From contig JBLNAZ010000056.1 in assembly GCA_050259615.1 (NCBI GenBank), forward strand, positions 1,589 to 65,588: a stretch of 64,000 nt of DNA, read 5' to 3'. Below are positions 8,052-19,387 of this stretch, one piece after another (position 1 is the first letter of the stretch; each line of letters begins with the position of its first letter). Under the pieces are notes generated by a model. That model saw only the letters and a list, made by a program, of their open reading frames with translations, made no database searches and was not told where the DNA came from. This DNA comes from Syntrophomonadaceae bacterium. Its GTDB lineage: Bacteria > Bacteroidota > Ignavibacteria > Ignavibacteriales > SURF-24. The position numbers were made by a program, and so were the translations under genes.

Positions 8052-9242
8052 ATGACTTTATCCGTCAGCGAAATTACACGCCTCATAAAGGAGGATCTGG
8101 AAGATAATTTTTCCTCCATTAGTATTGAAGGCGAAATCTCCAACCTTAAAAAGCACGTCTCAGGCCACTGGTATTTCAATCTAAAGGATAGTAATGCCAT
8201 GATATGCTGCACAATGTGGAAGGGGTTTAATAATTATGTCTTCTTTACGCCCGAGGACGGCATGAAGGTGCTTGCAAACGGGCGCATAACAGTTTATCCT
8301 CCGCGCGGTAGTTATCAGCTGGAAGTGCGCAGCATGAAACCAGCCGGCGTAGGTGAGCTGCAGGCTGCCTTTGAAAGGCTGAAGACAAAACTCCAGGCCG
8401 AGGGTCTTTTTGATGATGAATTCAAAAAGCCTATTCCGGTATTTCCCAAAAAAATCGGTATTGTAACTGCAATTGACGGTGCGGCATTGAAAGATATGGT
8501 TTCCATTGCAGAGCGCCGCTATCCTCTTGTTGAACTTATTGTTTATCCTGCAAGAGTCCAGGGTGAAGGTGCTGCAAAATCGATTGTCCAGGGGATCGAA
8601 TGCCTGAATGACAGAAATGACATAGATTTAATTATCATCGGGCGCGGGGGAGGATCTTTAGAGGACCTCTGGGCATTTAACGAAGAAATTGTTGCACGCG
8701 CAGTCTTTGCCTCCTGCATACCTATAATAAGTGCAGTAGGCCATGAAGTTGATTTTACGATTTCTGACTTTGCAGCTGACCTGAGAGCCGCCACACCCTC
8801 GGCCGCAATGGAAATTGCCACGCCTAACCAGGATGACTTTTTTGCGTTTTTAGAAGAGTTTTCATTTAGAACATCGCAGAATATTTTTTATATTATGGAC
8901 CGGAAAAAACAGGAAGTGGCCAGCCACCTTAAAGCGTACGGTTTCAGGGTCCCGCAGGACCTGGTGCGCATAAGGACGCAGCAGCTGGATAACCTCTTGT
9001 ACCGCATTCAGCAGAAGGTGGACCGTAGGATCTTAAGTTTTAATAACCGCTTGTCGCTTTATGAAAAAGGCCTTGAGTCGCACGACGTAAACAGGATATT
9101 AAAAAAGGGCTTTGTCTTGGTCAAACAGGACTCTAAATTGGTAGTTCGGGGCAGCGATTTCAAGGCGGACGAGCCTGCAGAAATAAAATTCCATGATAAA
9201 GAAATTTGGGTGAATAAAAAAAAATATGAAGAAAAAAAGTGA
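8052..9242 (+). CDS. xseA: Exodeoxyribonuclease VII large subunit
   Basis: The N-terminal OB fold reads LSVSEITRLIKEDLE..F..I.IEGEISN...H.SGHWYF.LKD. It is followed by GIVTA..GAA..D........RYP......YPA.VQGEGA and RGGGS.EDLWAFNEE. Confidence 0.9.
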   Translation: MTLSVSEITRLIKEDLEDNFSSISIEGEISNLKKHVSGHWYFNLKDSNAMICCTMWKGFNNYVFFTPEDGMKVLANGRITVYPPRGSYQLEVRSMKPAGVGELQAAFERLKTKLQAEGLFDDEFKKPIPVFPKKIGIVTAIDGAALKDMVSIAERRYPLVELIVYPARVQGEGAAKSIVQGIECLNDRNDIDLIIIGRGGGSLEDLWAFNEEIVARAVFASCIPIISAVGHEVDFTISDFAADLRAATPSAAMEIATPNQDDFFAFLEEFSFRTSQNIFYIMDRKKQEVASHLKAYGFRVPQDLVRIRTQQLDNLLYRIQQKVDRRILSFNNRLSLYEKGLESHDVNRILKKGFVLVKQDSKLVVRGSDFKADEPAEIKFHDKEIWVNKKKYEEKK

Positions 9243-9459
9243 AGGATCCTTTGAGGATATGCTCAGACGTCTGGAGGAGATTTCAGGGATGCTGGACAAT
9301 GAGTCAATCGGGCTTGATGAGGCTATCAGCCTTTATGAAGAAGGGATTGAATTGTCCAAAATGTGCTACAGCAAACTGAAGGAAGCTGAAGTAAAAGTTA
9401 CTTCTCTTCGCAAAAGCCTTGAAGCAGACAATGAACCGTCAGACAATTTTGAAGAATAA
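9226..9459 (+). CDS. xseB: Exodeoxyribonuclease VII small subunit
   Basis: The 77-aa product contains FEDMLRRLEEISGMLDNESIGLDEAISLYEEGIELSKMCYSKL. It overlaps the xseA stop by 17 nt. Confidence 0.85.
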   Translation: MKKKSEGSFEDMLRRLEEISGMLDNESIGLDEAISLYEEGIELSKMCYSKLKEAEVKVTSLRKSLEADNEPSDNFEE

Positions 9460-9475
9460 TTTGCCAGGTACAAAA

Positions 9476-11398
9476 ATGAACGAAGAAAATAAGTACAGGT
9501 TCTTATTTAATATAAATTCACCCGCTGATATCCGTAATTTTCAGATGCCGGAACTGAAAGTTCTGTGCCAGGAAATACGAGATTATCTGATTGATGTTGT
9601 TTCCAAGATCGGGGGACATTTTGGAGGCGGACTGGGAGCCGTTGAGCTTACAGTAGCGCTCCATAAAGTTTTTAACACTCCTAATGACCTCATTGTATGG
9701 GATACGGGCCACCAGGCATATCCTCATAAGGTACTTACGGGCCGAAGAGATGCACTTGCCACTATAAGGCAGTTCCACGGAATAAGCGGGTTTTTGAAAA
9801 GGACGGAAAGCCCGTACGACGCTTTCGGAGCCGGGCACGCTTCAACTTCAATTTCAGCTGCTTTAGGTATGGCTGCTGCGCGTGACCTAAATAAATCCAA
9901 TAAGAAGGTCGTGGCAATTATCGGCGACGGGGCAATGACAGGCGGTATGGCATATGAAGCAATGAATAATGCCGGAGTCCTCAAGAGCAATCTTATTGTT
10001 GTGCTTAATGATAACAATATGTCTATTACTTCCAACGTCTGGCAGTTCTCGAACTATTTTACAGAGATGATAGCTCATCCCGACTACAACAAGCTGAAAG
10101 CCCAGGTGTGGGATTTTACGGGAAAACTTGGTCAGGGCGGCGACCGCTTAAGAAAGATGGCTGCAAGACTTGAAAACGGCCTGAAGGCAGTTCTAACTCC
10201 AGGTATGCTTTTTGAAGCCCTGGGCTTCAGATACTTCGGACCTGTCAACGGGCACAACGTTGCACAGCTGGTTAAAATATTTGAACAGGTAAAAAACCTG
10301 AACGGACCAATACTTGTTCACGTCCTCACACAGAAAGGCAAAGGCTACAAGCCTGCTGAAGAAGACGTTCAGAGGCTTCATGCTTCAACACCGTTTGACA
10401 AGGTTACAGGACAGGCATTTAAGAAAGCCGGCGCTGCTCCTTCATATACAAAGATATTTGGTGAGGCACTTGTTGAAATTGCAAAGGAAAACCTGAAAGT
10501 AGTTGGGGTTACGGCTGCCATGCCTGACGGCACGGGACTCGATTTTCTTCAGAAGGCATTCCCAAAGAGATATTTTGATGTCGGAATAGCAGAAGAGCAT
10601 GCAGTTACTTTTGCAGCCGGCATGGCAGCCCAGGGTATCATCCCTGTTGTTGCAGTTTACTCTACTTTCCTTCAAAGGGCATTTGACCAGATAGTGCACG
10701 ACGTAAGCCTTCAGCACCTGCATGTAGTATTTGTTCTTGACAGGGCTGGACTTGTTGGAGCCGACGGGCCGACACATCACGGTGCATTTGATCTATCATA
10801 TCTGAGACTTATTCCAGATATGGTAATTATGGCGCCAAAGGATGAAGCCGAATTAAGAAATATGGTCTATACTGCTACTGAGTATCAGGAAGGACCCGTT
10901 GCAATCAGGTACCCAAGAGGAAACGCATTGGGTGTTCCGCTGAAGGAAGGTTTTGAAGCAATTCCTGTCGGAAAGGCTGAACAGTTGAGCCGGGGCGTGG
11001 ACTGTGCATTACTTGCAGTCGGATCGATGGTTAACCATTCTTTGAAGGCCTCGGAGATTCTTGCTCAGGAAGGCATTCAGTGCGAAGTTGTGAATATGCG
11101 CTTTATAAAACCTCTCGATACCGAATTGCTTGACGAGATAGCCGCACGTCATAACAAAATTATAACGCTTGAAGAGAATTCGATTGCAGGCGGCTTCGGA
11201 GGTGCGGTGGCTGAATATTTTATGGATAAAAACTATAAAAATGATATTTTAAGAATTGCTCTGCCCGACCAGTTTGTTGACCACGGCACGCAGTCTGAGC
11301 TGTACAGTATGCTCGGAATGGATGCTGAAGGCATTGCAGGAAAAGTAAAGCTTTTTCTTAAAGGTCAGGCCGATCATGCTCTCGGCAAACTGGCCTGA
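9476..11398 (+). CDS. dxs: 1-deoxy-D-xylulose-5-phosphate synthase
   Basis: Motifs present are GGHFGGGLGAVELTVALH, WDTGHQAYPHK, IGDGAMTGGMAYEAMNNAG and the transketolase-like C-terminal half. I chose the start at ATG 9476, after the xseB stop, rather than the track's 9419. Confidence 0.92.
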   Translation: MNEENKYRFLFNINSPADIRNFQMPELKVLCQEIRDYLIDVVSKIGGHFGGGLGAVELTVALHKVFNTPNDLIVWDTGHQAYPHKVLTGRRDALATIRQFHGISGFLKRTESPYDAFGAGHASTSISAALGMAAARDLNKSNKKVVAIIGDGAMTGGMAYEAMNNAGVLKSNLIVVLNDNNMSITSNVWQFSNYFTEMIAHPDYNKLKAQVWDFTGKLGQGGDRLRKMAARLENGLKAVLTPGMLFEALGFRYFGPVNGHNVAQLVKIFEQVKNLNGPILVHVLTQKGKGYKPAEEDVQRLHASTPFDKVTGQAFKKAGAAPSYTKIFGEALVEIAKENLKVVGVTAAMPDGTGLDFLQKAFPKRYFDVGIAEEHAVTFAAGMAAQGIIPVVAVYSTFLQRAFDQIVHDVSLQHLHVVFVLDRAGLVGADGPTHHGAFDLSYLRLIPDMVIMAPKDEAELRNMVYTATEYQEGPVAIRYPRGNALGVPLKEGFEAIPVGKAEQLSRGVDCALLAVGSMVNHSLKASEILAQEGIQCEVVNMRFIKPLDTELLDEIAARHNKIITLEENSIAGGFGGAVAEYFMDKNYKNDILRIALPDQFVDHGTQSELYSMLGMDAEGIAGKVKLFLKGQADHALGKLA

Positions 11399-11406
11399 AG
11401 AACAAT

Positions 11407-11431
11407 AAGCTGCAAATAATTATAGCGGCTT
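11407..11431 (+). terminator. Weak hairpin after dxs
   Basis: aagctgc pairs with gcggctt (7 bp including one G-U) around an 11-nt loop. The following T-tract (gatttctg) is weak. Confidence 0.3.
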
Positions 11432-11458
11432 GATTTCTGACTAAATAAAAACACAAGT

Positions 11459-12160
11459 ATGAAAGCAAAGATCCTGCTGGCAGATGACGAAAAGGATATA
11501 GTTGAATTTCTTGAATATAATCTTGCTTCCGAAGGTTTTGATGTCATTACGGCTTATGACGGCAAAGAGGCACTTGAAAAACTCTCCTATAAGCCTGACC
11601 TGATCATACTTGATGTAATGATGCCGAAATTTGACGGCTATGAAGTCTGCAGGCAGATACGGAAAATCGATCAATTTTCAAACACTCCTGTAATTTTTCT
11701 TACAGCAAAGTCTTCTGAACAGGATGAGATTAAGGGACTTGAACTGGGAGCCGATGATTTTATCGGAAAACCCATTTCTCCAAAAAAACTTGTCGCGCGC
11801 GTTAAGGCAAATCTCCGAAAGTCCGAACTTCAGACATTAGGCTTCAGCGCAGCTGAAGATGCCCCCGTTATCAGAATCGGCCCCCTTGAAATCAACAGGG
11901 ACAAGTACGAAGTGCTGCTTGAGGGTGAAATCATCGTTTTCCCGCGCAAGGAATTCGAGATCTTAAGCTACCTGGCCTCAAAACCCGGGAAAGTATTCGG
12001 ACGCGAAGCTATACTTCACGACGTCTGGGGATCGGATGTTTATGTTGTTGACAGGACTATCGACGTTCACATAAGAAAGATCAGGGAGAAACTTGCAGAC
12101 TATGCAGATATGATCGAAACAATTAAAGGAGTCGGCTATCGTTTTAGAAATCCTGACTAA
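11459..12160 (+). CDS. OmpR/PhoB-family response regulator
   Basis: The receiver domain reads KILLADDEKDI...DLIILDVMMPKFDGYEV...LTAK. The winged-helix output reads ...REFEILSYLASKPGKVF.RE.IL..VWG......RTIDVHIRKIREKL...IETIKGVGYRF. Confidence 0.88.
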   Translation: MKAKILLADDEKDIVEFLEYNLASEGFDVITAYDGKEALEKLSYKPDLIILDVMMPKFDGYEVCRQIRKIDQFSNTPVIFLTAKSSEQDEIKGLELGADDFIGKPISPKKLVARVKANLRKSELQTLGFSAAEDAPVIRIGPLEINRDKYEVLLEGEIIVFPRKEFEILSYLASKPGKVFGREAILHDVWGSDVYVVDRTIDVHIRKIREKLADYADMIETIKGVGYRFRNPD

Positions 12161-12203
12161 GGTTAAGCAATACTTCATCTCCTCCGGGACAATTCTTAAA
12201 GAA

Positions 12204-13181
12204 GTGCTTTTGTTAAGCGGACTTCTGCTTCTGGTGCTTATAGTTTCAATTCCTGGCTCAGAGGCACATCGGATAATTATAATCTCCATACTTTTCTTCG
12301 ACCTTGCACTCCTGTATTTTATTGGCAGAAAAAGACATGAAGAACTCAACTCAATTGAAGCAGTAATTCATGCAATAAGAAAAGACATGATAAATTCTGC
12401 TGAGGATATTCTTCTTGATAAGGGACTCAGAAGTCTGCAGAATGAAGTAAAGGAAATGTTCCTGCGTCTGCAGAACGACATTAATTACCTGAAACGACTC
12501 GAGAAAGTCCGAAGCGAATTTTTAGGCAATGTTTCGCACGAGTTAAGAACACCAATATTTGCCATTCAGGGATTCCTTGAAACATTGCTTGACGGTGCAA
12601 TTGATGACCCTAAAGTGAACAGAACCTTTCTTCAGAAGGCAAACAAGCATACTGAAAACCTTAATAACCTGTTAAGCGACCTTATAGATATCTCAATGAT
12701 CGAATCGCACGAGATGCACTTAAGCTTCAGATATTTTAAGCTAAATGAATTCCTGGAATCGGTTCTGCAGGAACTGGTTCCGCTCGCAGAAAGCAAGAAT
12801 CTTTCGCTCAGGCTTGTCCCGGTAAGAGAGGACCTTAAGGTTTATGGAGACAAAAACAGGCTTAAGCAGGCCGTGGTAAATCTGGCTGAGAATGCAATAA
12901 AATATACCGACGAAGGCTCTATTGAAGTAAGCGTGGAGGAGGAGGAGGAAAAGTCGGTCAGGATTTCTGTCAGAGACACAGGTATCGGAATTTCCAAAAG
13001 GGATCTTCCGCGCATATTTGAAAGATTTTTCAGGGTTGATAAGGACCGCTCTCGTACTGCCGGAGGAACCGGGCTAGGCCTGGCAATTGTAAAGCACATT
13101 GTTGAAGCCCATGGTTCAAAGGTGGAAGTGATAAGTGTTCCGGGAACAGGCTCTCAGTTTTCCTTCAGGTTAAAAAAATAA
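12204..13181 (+). CDS. Sensor histidine kinase (PhoR-like core with a minimal 2-TM sensor)
   Basis: The H-box is FLGNVSHELRTPIFAIQGFLETL, the N-box is NLAENAIKYT and the G-boxes are RDTGIGI and GGTGLGLAIVKHIV. It starts at GTG 44 nt after the regulator gene. Confidence 0.85.
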   Translation: MLLLSGLLLLVLIVSIPGSEAHRIIIISILFFDLALLYFIGRKRHEELNSIEAVIHAIRKDMINSAEDILLDKGLRSLQNEVKEMFLRLQNDINYLKRLEKVRSEFLGNVSHELRTPIFAIQGFLETLLDGAIDDPKVNRTFLQKANKHTENLNNLLSDLIDISMIESHEMHLSFRYFKLNEFLESVLQELVPLAESKNLSLRLVPVREDLKVYGDKNRLKQAVVNLAENAIKYTDEGSIEVSVEEEEEKSVRISVRDTGIGISKRDLPRIFERFFRVDKDRSRTAGGTGLGLAIVKHIVEAHGSKVEVISVPGTGSQFSFRLKK

Positions 13182-13287
13182 GTTAAGCATTTTTAAGATC
13201 CGGAAAGAAAAATAAAACTATAGAATTAGTTACAGGAAATTTTATTATAAGTACAATTGCATAAATTTTTTAAGCAGCAAATGTTGA

Positions 13288-14955
<1,668 letters not shown>

Positions 14956-15074
14956 AAGCAGGGGAAAATTAGTGTAGAGCCGAATAAAAAAGTTGAAATA
15001 CAGTAGAAATTATGCGTAACTTAGTGGAATGAAAATTTAGAGTCGATGCTGATAAATAATTTCCTGCAAGGTAA

Positions 15075-15103
15075 TTGACTTATTAGGCTCTATTTTATAT
15101 ATT
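15075..15103 (+). promoter_or_regulatory. Sigma70-like promoter candidate for rplU-rpmA
   Basis: TTGACT (15075-15080) is followed by a 17-nt spacer and then TATATT (15098-15103), about 35 nt upstream of the rplU start. Confidence 0.35.
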
Positions 15104-15138
15104 TACAATCTTGAAATAGATAAATTGGAGGATTTTTG

Positions 15139-15447
15139 ATGTTTGCCGTCGTAGATATATTAGGGCAGCAATTTAAGGTTACCGAAAAGGCCAAATATTA
15201 TGTCCCGAGACTCAAGGCTGATGCTGAAACAGATATTACCTTTGAATCAGTCCTTTTGTTTTCAGATGAAAGCGGAACAAAAGTTGGCAGCCCCTTGCTG
15301 AATGGTGTAAAGGTTCAGGCCAGAGTGCTTGAACACCTTAAAGATGAAAAAGTGATTGTTTTTAAGAAGAAGAGAAGAAAAGGCTACAAAGTTAAAAACG
15401 GTCACAGACAATTATTAAGCAGAATTGAAATAACAAAGATTGGTTAA
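15139..15447 (+). CDS. rplU: 50S ribosomal protein L21
   Basis: The product reads MFAVVDILGQQFKV...KVIVFKKKRRKGY..K.GHRQ. GGAGG lies 7 nt upstream of ATG 15139; the track's start is the TTG one codon earlier. Confidence 0.9.
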   Translation: MFAVVDILGQQFKVTEKAKYYVPRLKADAETDITFESVLLFSDESGTKVGSPLLNGVKVQARVLEHLKDEKVIVFKKKRRKGYKVKNGHRQLLSRIEITKIG

Positions 15448-15463
15448 TATCCGGAGGTAAATT

Positions 15464-15724
15464 ATGGCTCATAAGAAGGGGCAAGGTTCTTCCAGGAACG
15501 GTAGAGATAGTAATGCCCAAAGGCTTGGGGTTAAGAGATTTGGTGGCGAGCTGGTTTCAGCCGGTTCAATTCTGGTAAGGCAGAGAGGCACCAAGCTTCA
15601 TCCCGGCGTCAACGTTAAAAAAGGAAGTGATGATACATTGTTTGCAACGGTTGAAGGCTATGTAAAGTTTGAAACCAAGCGTGATAACAGAAAATATGTT
15701 AATGTTTATCAGCCTGAACAATAA
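15464..15724 (+). CDS. rpmA: 50S ribosomal protein L27
   Basis: The product reads [47 protein letters not shown]. Confidence 0.92.
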   Translation: MAHKKGQGSSRNGRDSNAQRLGVKRFGGELVSAGSILVRQRGTKLHPGVNVKKGSDDTLFATVEGYVKFETKRDNRKYVNVYQPEQ

Positions 15725-15737
15725 GTAATTGAATAAA

Positions 15738-15768
15738 AAATCCACCGCCCTTTTAGGGCGGTGGATTT
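15738..15768. terminator. Bidirectional intrinsic terminator between convergent rpmA and mdh
   Basis: There is a perfect 13-bp stem, aaatccaccgccc/gggcggtggattt, with a 5-nt loop. An A6 run lies on the 5' side, which is a T-run for the minus-strand mdh. The T-tract on the plus side is short. Confidence 0.7.
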
Positions 15769-15789
15769 ACTTCCTGACTTCCAGCCTTA

Positions 15790-16755
<966 letters not shown>

Positions 16756-16823
16756 TTATTCTCTCTCCCATTTAAAGTTAGTTAAGAAATGTTAATTAGG
16801 ATTATTTATCCAATTTCTACAAG

Positions 16824-16852
16824 AATATATCAATAAATATAGCTCTTTTCAA
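16824..16852 (-). promoter_or_regulatory. Sigma70-like promoter candidate for mdh
   Basis: On the minus strand, TTGAAA (16852-16847) is followed by a 17-nt spacer and then TATATT (16829-16824), about 65 nt upstream of the mdh ATG. Confidence 0.35.
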
Positions 16853-16978
16853 TAATCAGTTGCAGGCTTTTTTGGAAAAACTAGTAGCAAGGTAAGAAAT
16901 TGTATGCTGCGGCCGGTTTTACATAACCCGGAATTGAAAATTAAAAAGGATATAAAAATCCGGGGGGGGAATGCTGAA

Positions 16979-17398
16979 TTATTTTTTACTGAACTTCATC
17001 GACAGCACCAGTTCGGTTCCATCAGGAGTGAAACTGTAACTGACTTCGTCCATGCAGCTTTTCATAATGTAAAGGCCGCGTCCGCTATCCCTGAATATAT
17101 TTTCCGGAGATGTAGGATCAGGAACTGAATCCGGGTTAAAACCCTTGCCTTCATCTTTTATGCGGACCGTTAAGGATGTGTCTTCTATTTCAACTTTAAC
17201 GCTCACTTTTTTATCAATAGAGGCTTTGTTGCCGTGAAGCATGGCATTTGAAATGGCCTCATTAACGGCAAGCAGGAGATTGTTTAAGTGTGTCCTGTCC
17301 ATGTTTGCCCCGGCAGCAATTTCCTCTAAAAATTCTTCCACCAGAGGCAGTTTGTTCGGATCACTATTGATCTCAAGATGGTATGTTTCTTTGGACAA
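16979..17398 (-). CDS. RsbW/SpoIIAB-like anti-sigma regulatory factor (Ser/Thr kinase, HATPase_c_2)
   Basis: The 139-aa product contains L.LAVNEAISNAMLHGN (N-box-like), IKDEGKGFNP and RDSGRGLYIMKSCMDEV. It starts at TTG, with AGAGGA 6 nt upstream. Confidence 0.7.
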   Translation of the reverse strand: MSKETYHLEINSDPNKLPLVEEFLEEIAAGANMDRTHLNNLLLAVNEAISNAMLHGNKASIDKKVSVKVEIEDTSLTVRIKDEGKGFNPDSVPDPTSPENIFRDSGRGLYIMKSCMDEVSYSFTPDGTELVLSMKFSKK

Positions 17399-17462
17399 TA
17401 TATTCCTCTTTAGATAAAATAAGACAGCTTAAAATAAGAAAAAAAATAATATTTTCAACCGG

Positions 17463-19385
17463 CTAAAATTCCCAGTTTAACTGCATATTCATGTTGGGAA
17501 GTTCACGCCTTGTCTGGTCAGCTTTGATGAACTCATACCATCCGTAGATCCTTAGATTAAGCCCGCTGCTAAGAAAAGCCAGGACTTCTGAAACAGGCCC
17601 GATGCTCCTGTAATCCGATTCTCTTTTTTTTATTTTATTCGGGAAAGAAAACGTTTTAAGCGAAAGAAATCTAATTCCTGTTCCGAGGGAAATACCCTTA
17701 AACCTGTAGCTTAGTTTGGGCTCAAAATAAATCTCTTCGAGATTGCGTACCGGTTTACCGGCAAAGCGCGCCCAGTTGAAATCGCCCTGCTCTGAAAACT
17801 TAAGGTATCCGAATACATTGAAGGCAAGCTTTTTAGCAAGCATTATTGTAGTGGAATCCTGCATTGACATCTGCCTGAATGAGTAGCTCCGGAAGTTCGG
17901 ATTTACGTCCTCGAAATCATAGACGGTGTAGTTGGCAGAAACTTCGAATGTATTTCTAGAGCGGATAACCTGGCTTTTGTAGTCTCCCCCCGTGGATAGT
18001 TTTAAGAGCCGCATGAAATTATTGTTCGAGCTCCTTTCGGCGAAAATGTAAACAATGTGATTCAGGTTTGCTTCAAGATTTAGAAAAGTATCGAAATAAG
18101 CAGTAAGTTTTTTCAGATACAAAACACGAAATATGGACATCAGTTCGTCGCGGTCATCAAAGTTTAAGTCGCTTGGAGTGTCGTAGCGAAGTTTATTATG
18201 AAAGAGGCTTACAGAAAGCAGATCAGTCTCTGAAAGTCTCAGGTTTCCGATAAAGGACAGGGCAATTTTAGTTGCGATGTTATTTTTCTGACTTTCCAGG
18301 CCGGCCCTTTCCTCGTATGATTTAATTCTTTCTTCCTGCAGAAAAACATTTGTCTCGTCAATTTTCTTCACGACGTGTTTTTCATCCCTTTCGGAATAGT
18401 TTATCCTGAAGGCCCCGTCAAACGCAGAGGTTTTGTAAGTGGAATTGGATTCAAGCTCAAGCCTGAACTCCTCAACCCTGACATCAAAAAGTGAAGGGGA
18501 GACAGTTGTTAAGACGCGGTAACGCGTGTCCCTGTCAACATTTCTCCAAATTGCTCTTCCTGTTACGTCAAAGGCAAATTCATCTGAAGGCTTATTGTAA
18601 AGGAATCTGTCCTGTATAAAATAATTTGTTTCAATGCGCGACTGGATGTTATTTGTAATATTGAACCGGGCTGCTGAAATTGAATCGGCGCTGAAATAAA
18701 AATCTTTCCTGTTCTGAATATAATATGCCCCCAGCACATTGCCGAATGAGCCGCCAAGGTTATTATTGATTGTGGTGTTAAATATCCTGACCGTGTTTTT
18801 TCTCGGCGAAATATCCTCGTTTTGAAACTTCAGGAGTGAAGAAATATTCATATCCGACAAAACCAGATTATCTGCAAGCCCTTCAATACCATAAATCGCA
18901 CCGTAATCGTATTCTCCTATCTGGTTATTGTTTGAGTATCCTATTGAAGGAGTAATGTATACCTGTTCAACAGGCCTGAATTTGGTGTAGAAAGATCCGT
19001 TTAAGATTGAAGCCTGGTTAAGCGCAATTTTTCTGTTGTCTGATAAGATGTCATTGTTGGCCAGGACTCCGAGGCTCATAAAATTATTAAGAGAGTACTC
19101 GGTAATAAAAGATAAGTACTGCTCGTCTTTTATGTTCTTTGGAGTAGCGCGGATTAAGGTTGAATTGTAGTTCTCATTTATGCCGAAAAAAACTTTACCG
19201 AACCTCCGGCCGAAATTTAATGACGAAGCAAAATTATAAGTGCTGAGGAGCTTGTCGAATTTTGTACTGAAGAAATTCCTTTCCCACATGGACGTACTGA
19301 AGCTTAAACTGTCAGGACTGCTCTGTGCAAAAGCAGAAACTGAAAGCAGAAGTGAAAAAATAAATGTAATTCCGGTACGTTTCAA
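17463..19385 (-). CDS. Hypothetical large outer-membrane beta-barrel protein (640 aa)
   Basis: The signal peptide is ...SLLLSVSAFAQ. The Asn/Ser/Tyr/Phe-rich alternating pattern runs throughout. The C-terminus ...NMQLNWEF ends in an aromatic residue, like an OMP beta-signal. Confidence 0.55.
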   Translation of the reverse strand: MKRTGITFIFSLLLSVSAFAQSSPDSLSFSTSMWERNFFSTKFDKLLSTYNFASSLNFGRRFGKVFFGINENYNSTLIRATPKNIKDEQYLSFITEYSLNNFMSLGVLANNDILSDNRKIALNQASILNGSFYTKFRPVEQVYITPSIGYSNNNQIGEYDYGAIYGIEGLADNLVLSDMNISSLLKFQNEDISPRKNTVRIFNTTINNNLGGSFGNVLGAYYIQNRKDFYFSADSISAARFNITNNIQSRIETNYFIQDRFLYNKPSDEFAFDVTGRAIWRNVDRDTRYRVLTTVSPSLFDVRVEEFRLELESNSTYKTSAFDGAFRINYSERDEKHVVKKIDETNVFLQEERIKSYEERAGLESQKNNIATKIALSFIGNLRLSETDLLSVSLFHNKLRYDTPSDLNFDDRDELMSIFRVLYLKKLTAYFDTFLNLEANLNHIVYIFAERSSNNNFMRLLKLSTGGDYKSQVIRSRNTFEVSANYTVYDFEDVNPNFRSYSFRQMSMQDSTTIMLAKKLAFNVFGYLKFSEQGDFNWARFAGKPVRNLEEIYFEPKLSYRFKGISLGTGIRFLSLKTFSFPNKIKKRESDYRSIGPVSEVLAFLSSGLNLRIYGWYEFIKADQTRRELPNMNMQLNWEF

Positions 19386-19387
19386 TT

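Noticed and set aside
9419-9475. N-terminal extensions in the ORF track. Examples are dxs from 9419, mraZ from 28251, the LytR_C gene from 1601, the lipoprotein from 3592 and ftsQ from 41453.
   Set aside because: Each extension overlaps the upstream gene, a terminator or a promoter. Each also precedes an internal Met that gives the canonical N-terminus or signal peptide. I therefore used the shorter starts.
16904-17128. A 74-aa plus-strand ORF spanning the G8 tract region and running into the RsbW-like gene.
   Set aside because: It is mostly antisense to a gene with clear HATPase motifs, and it has no RBS.
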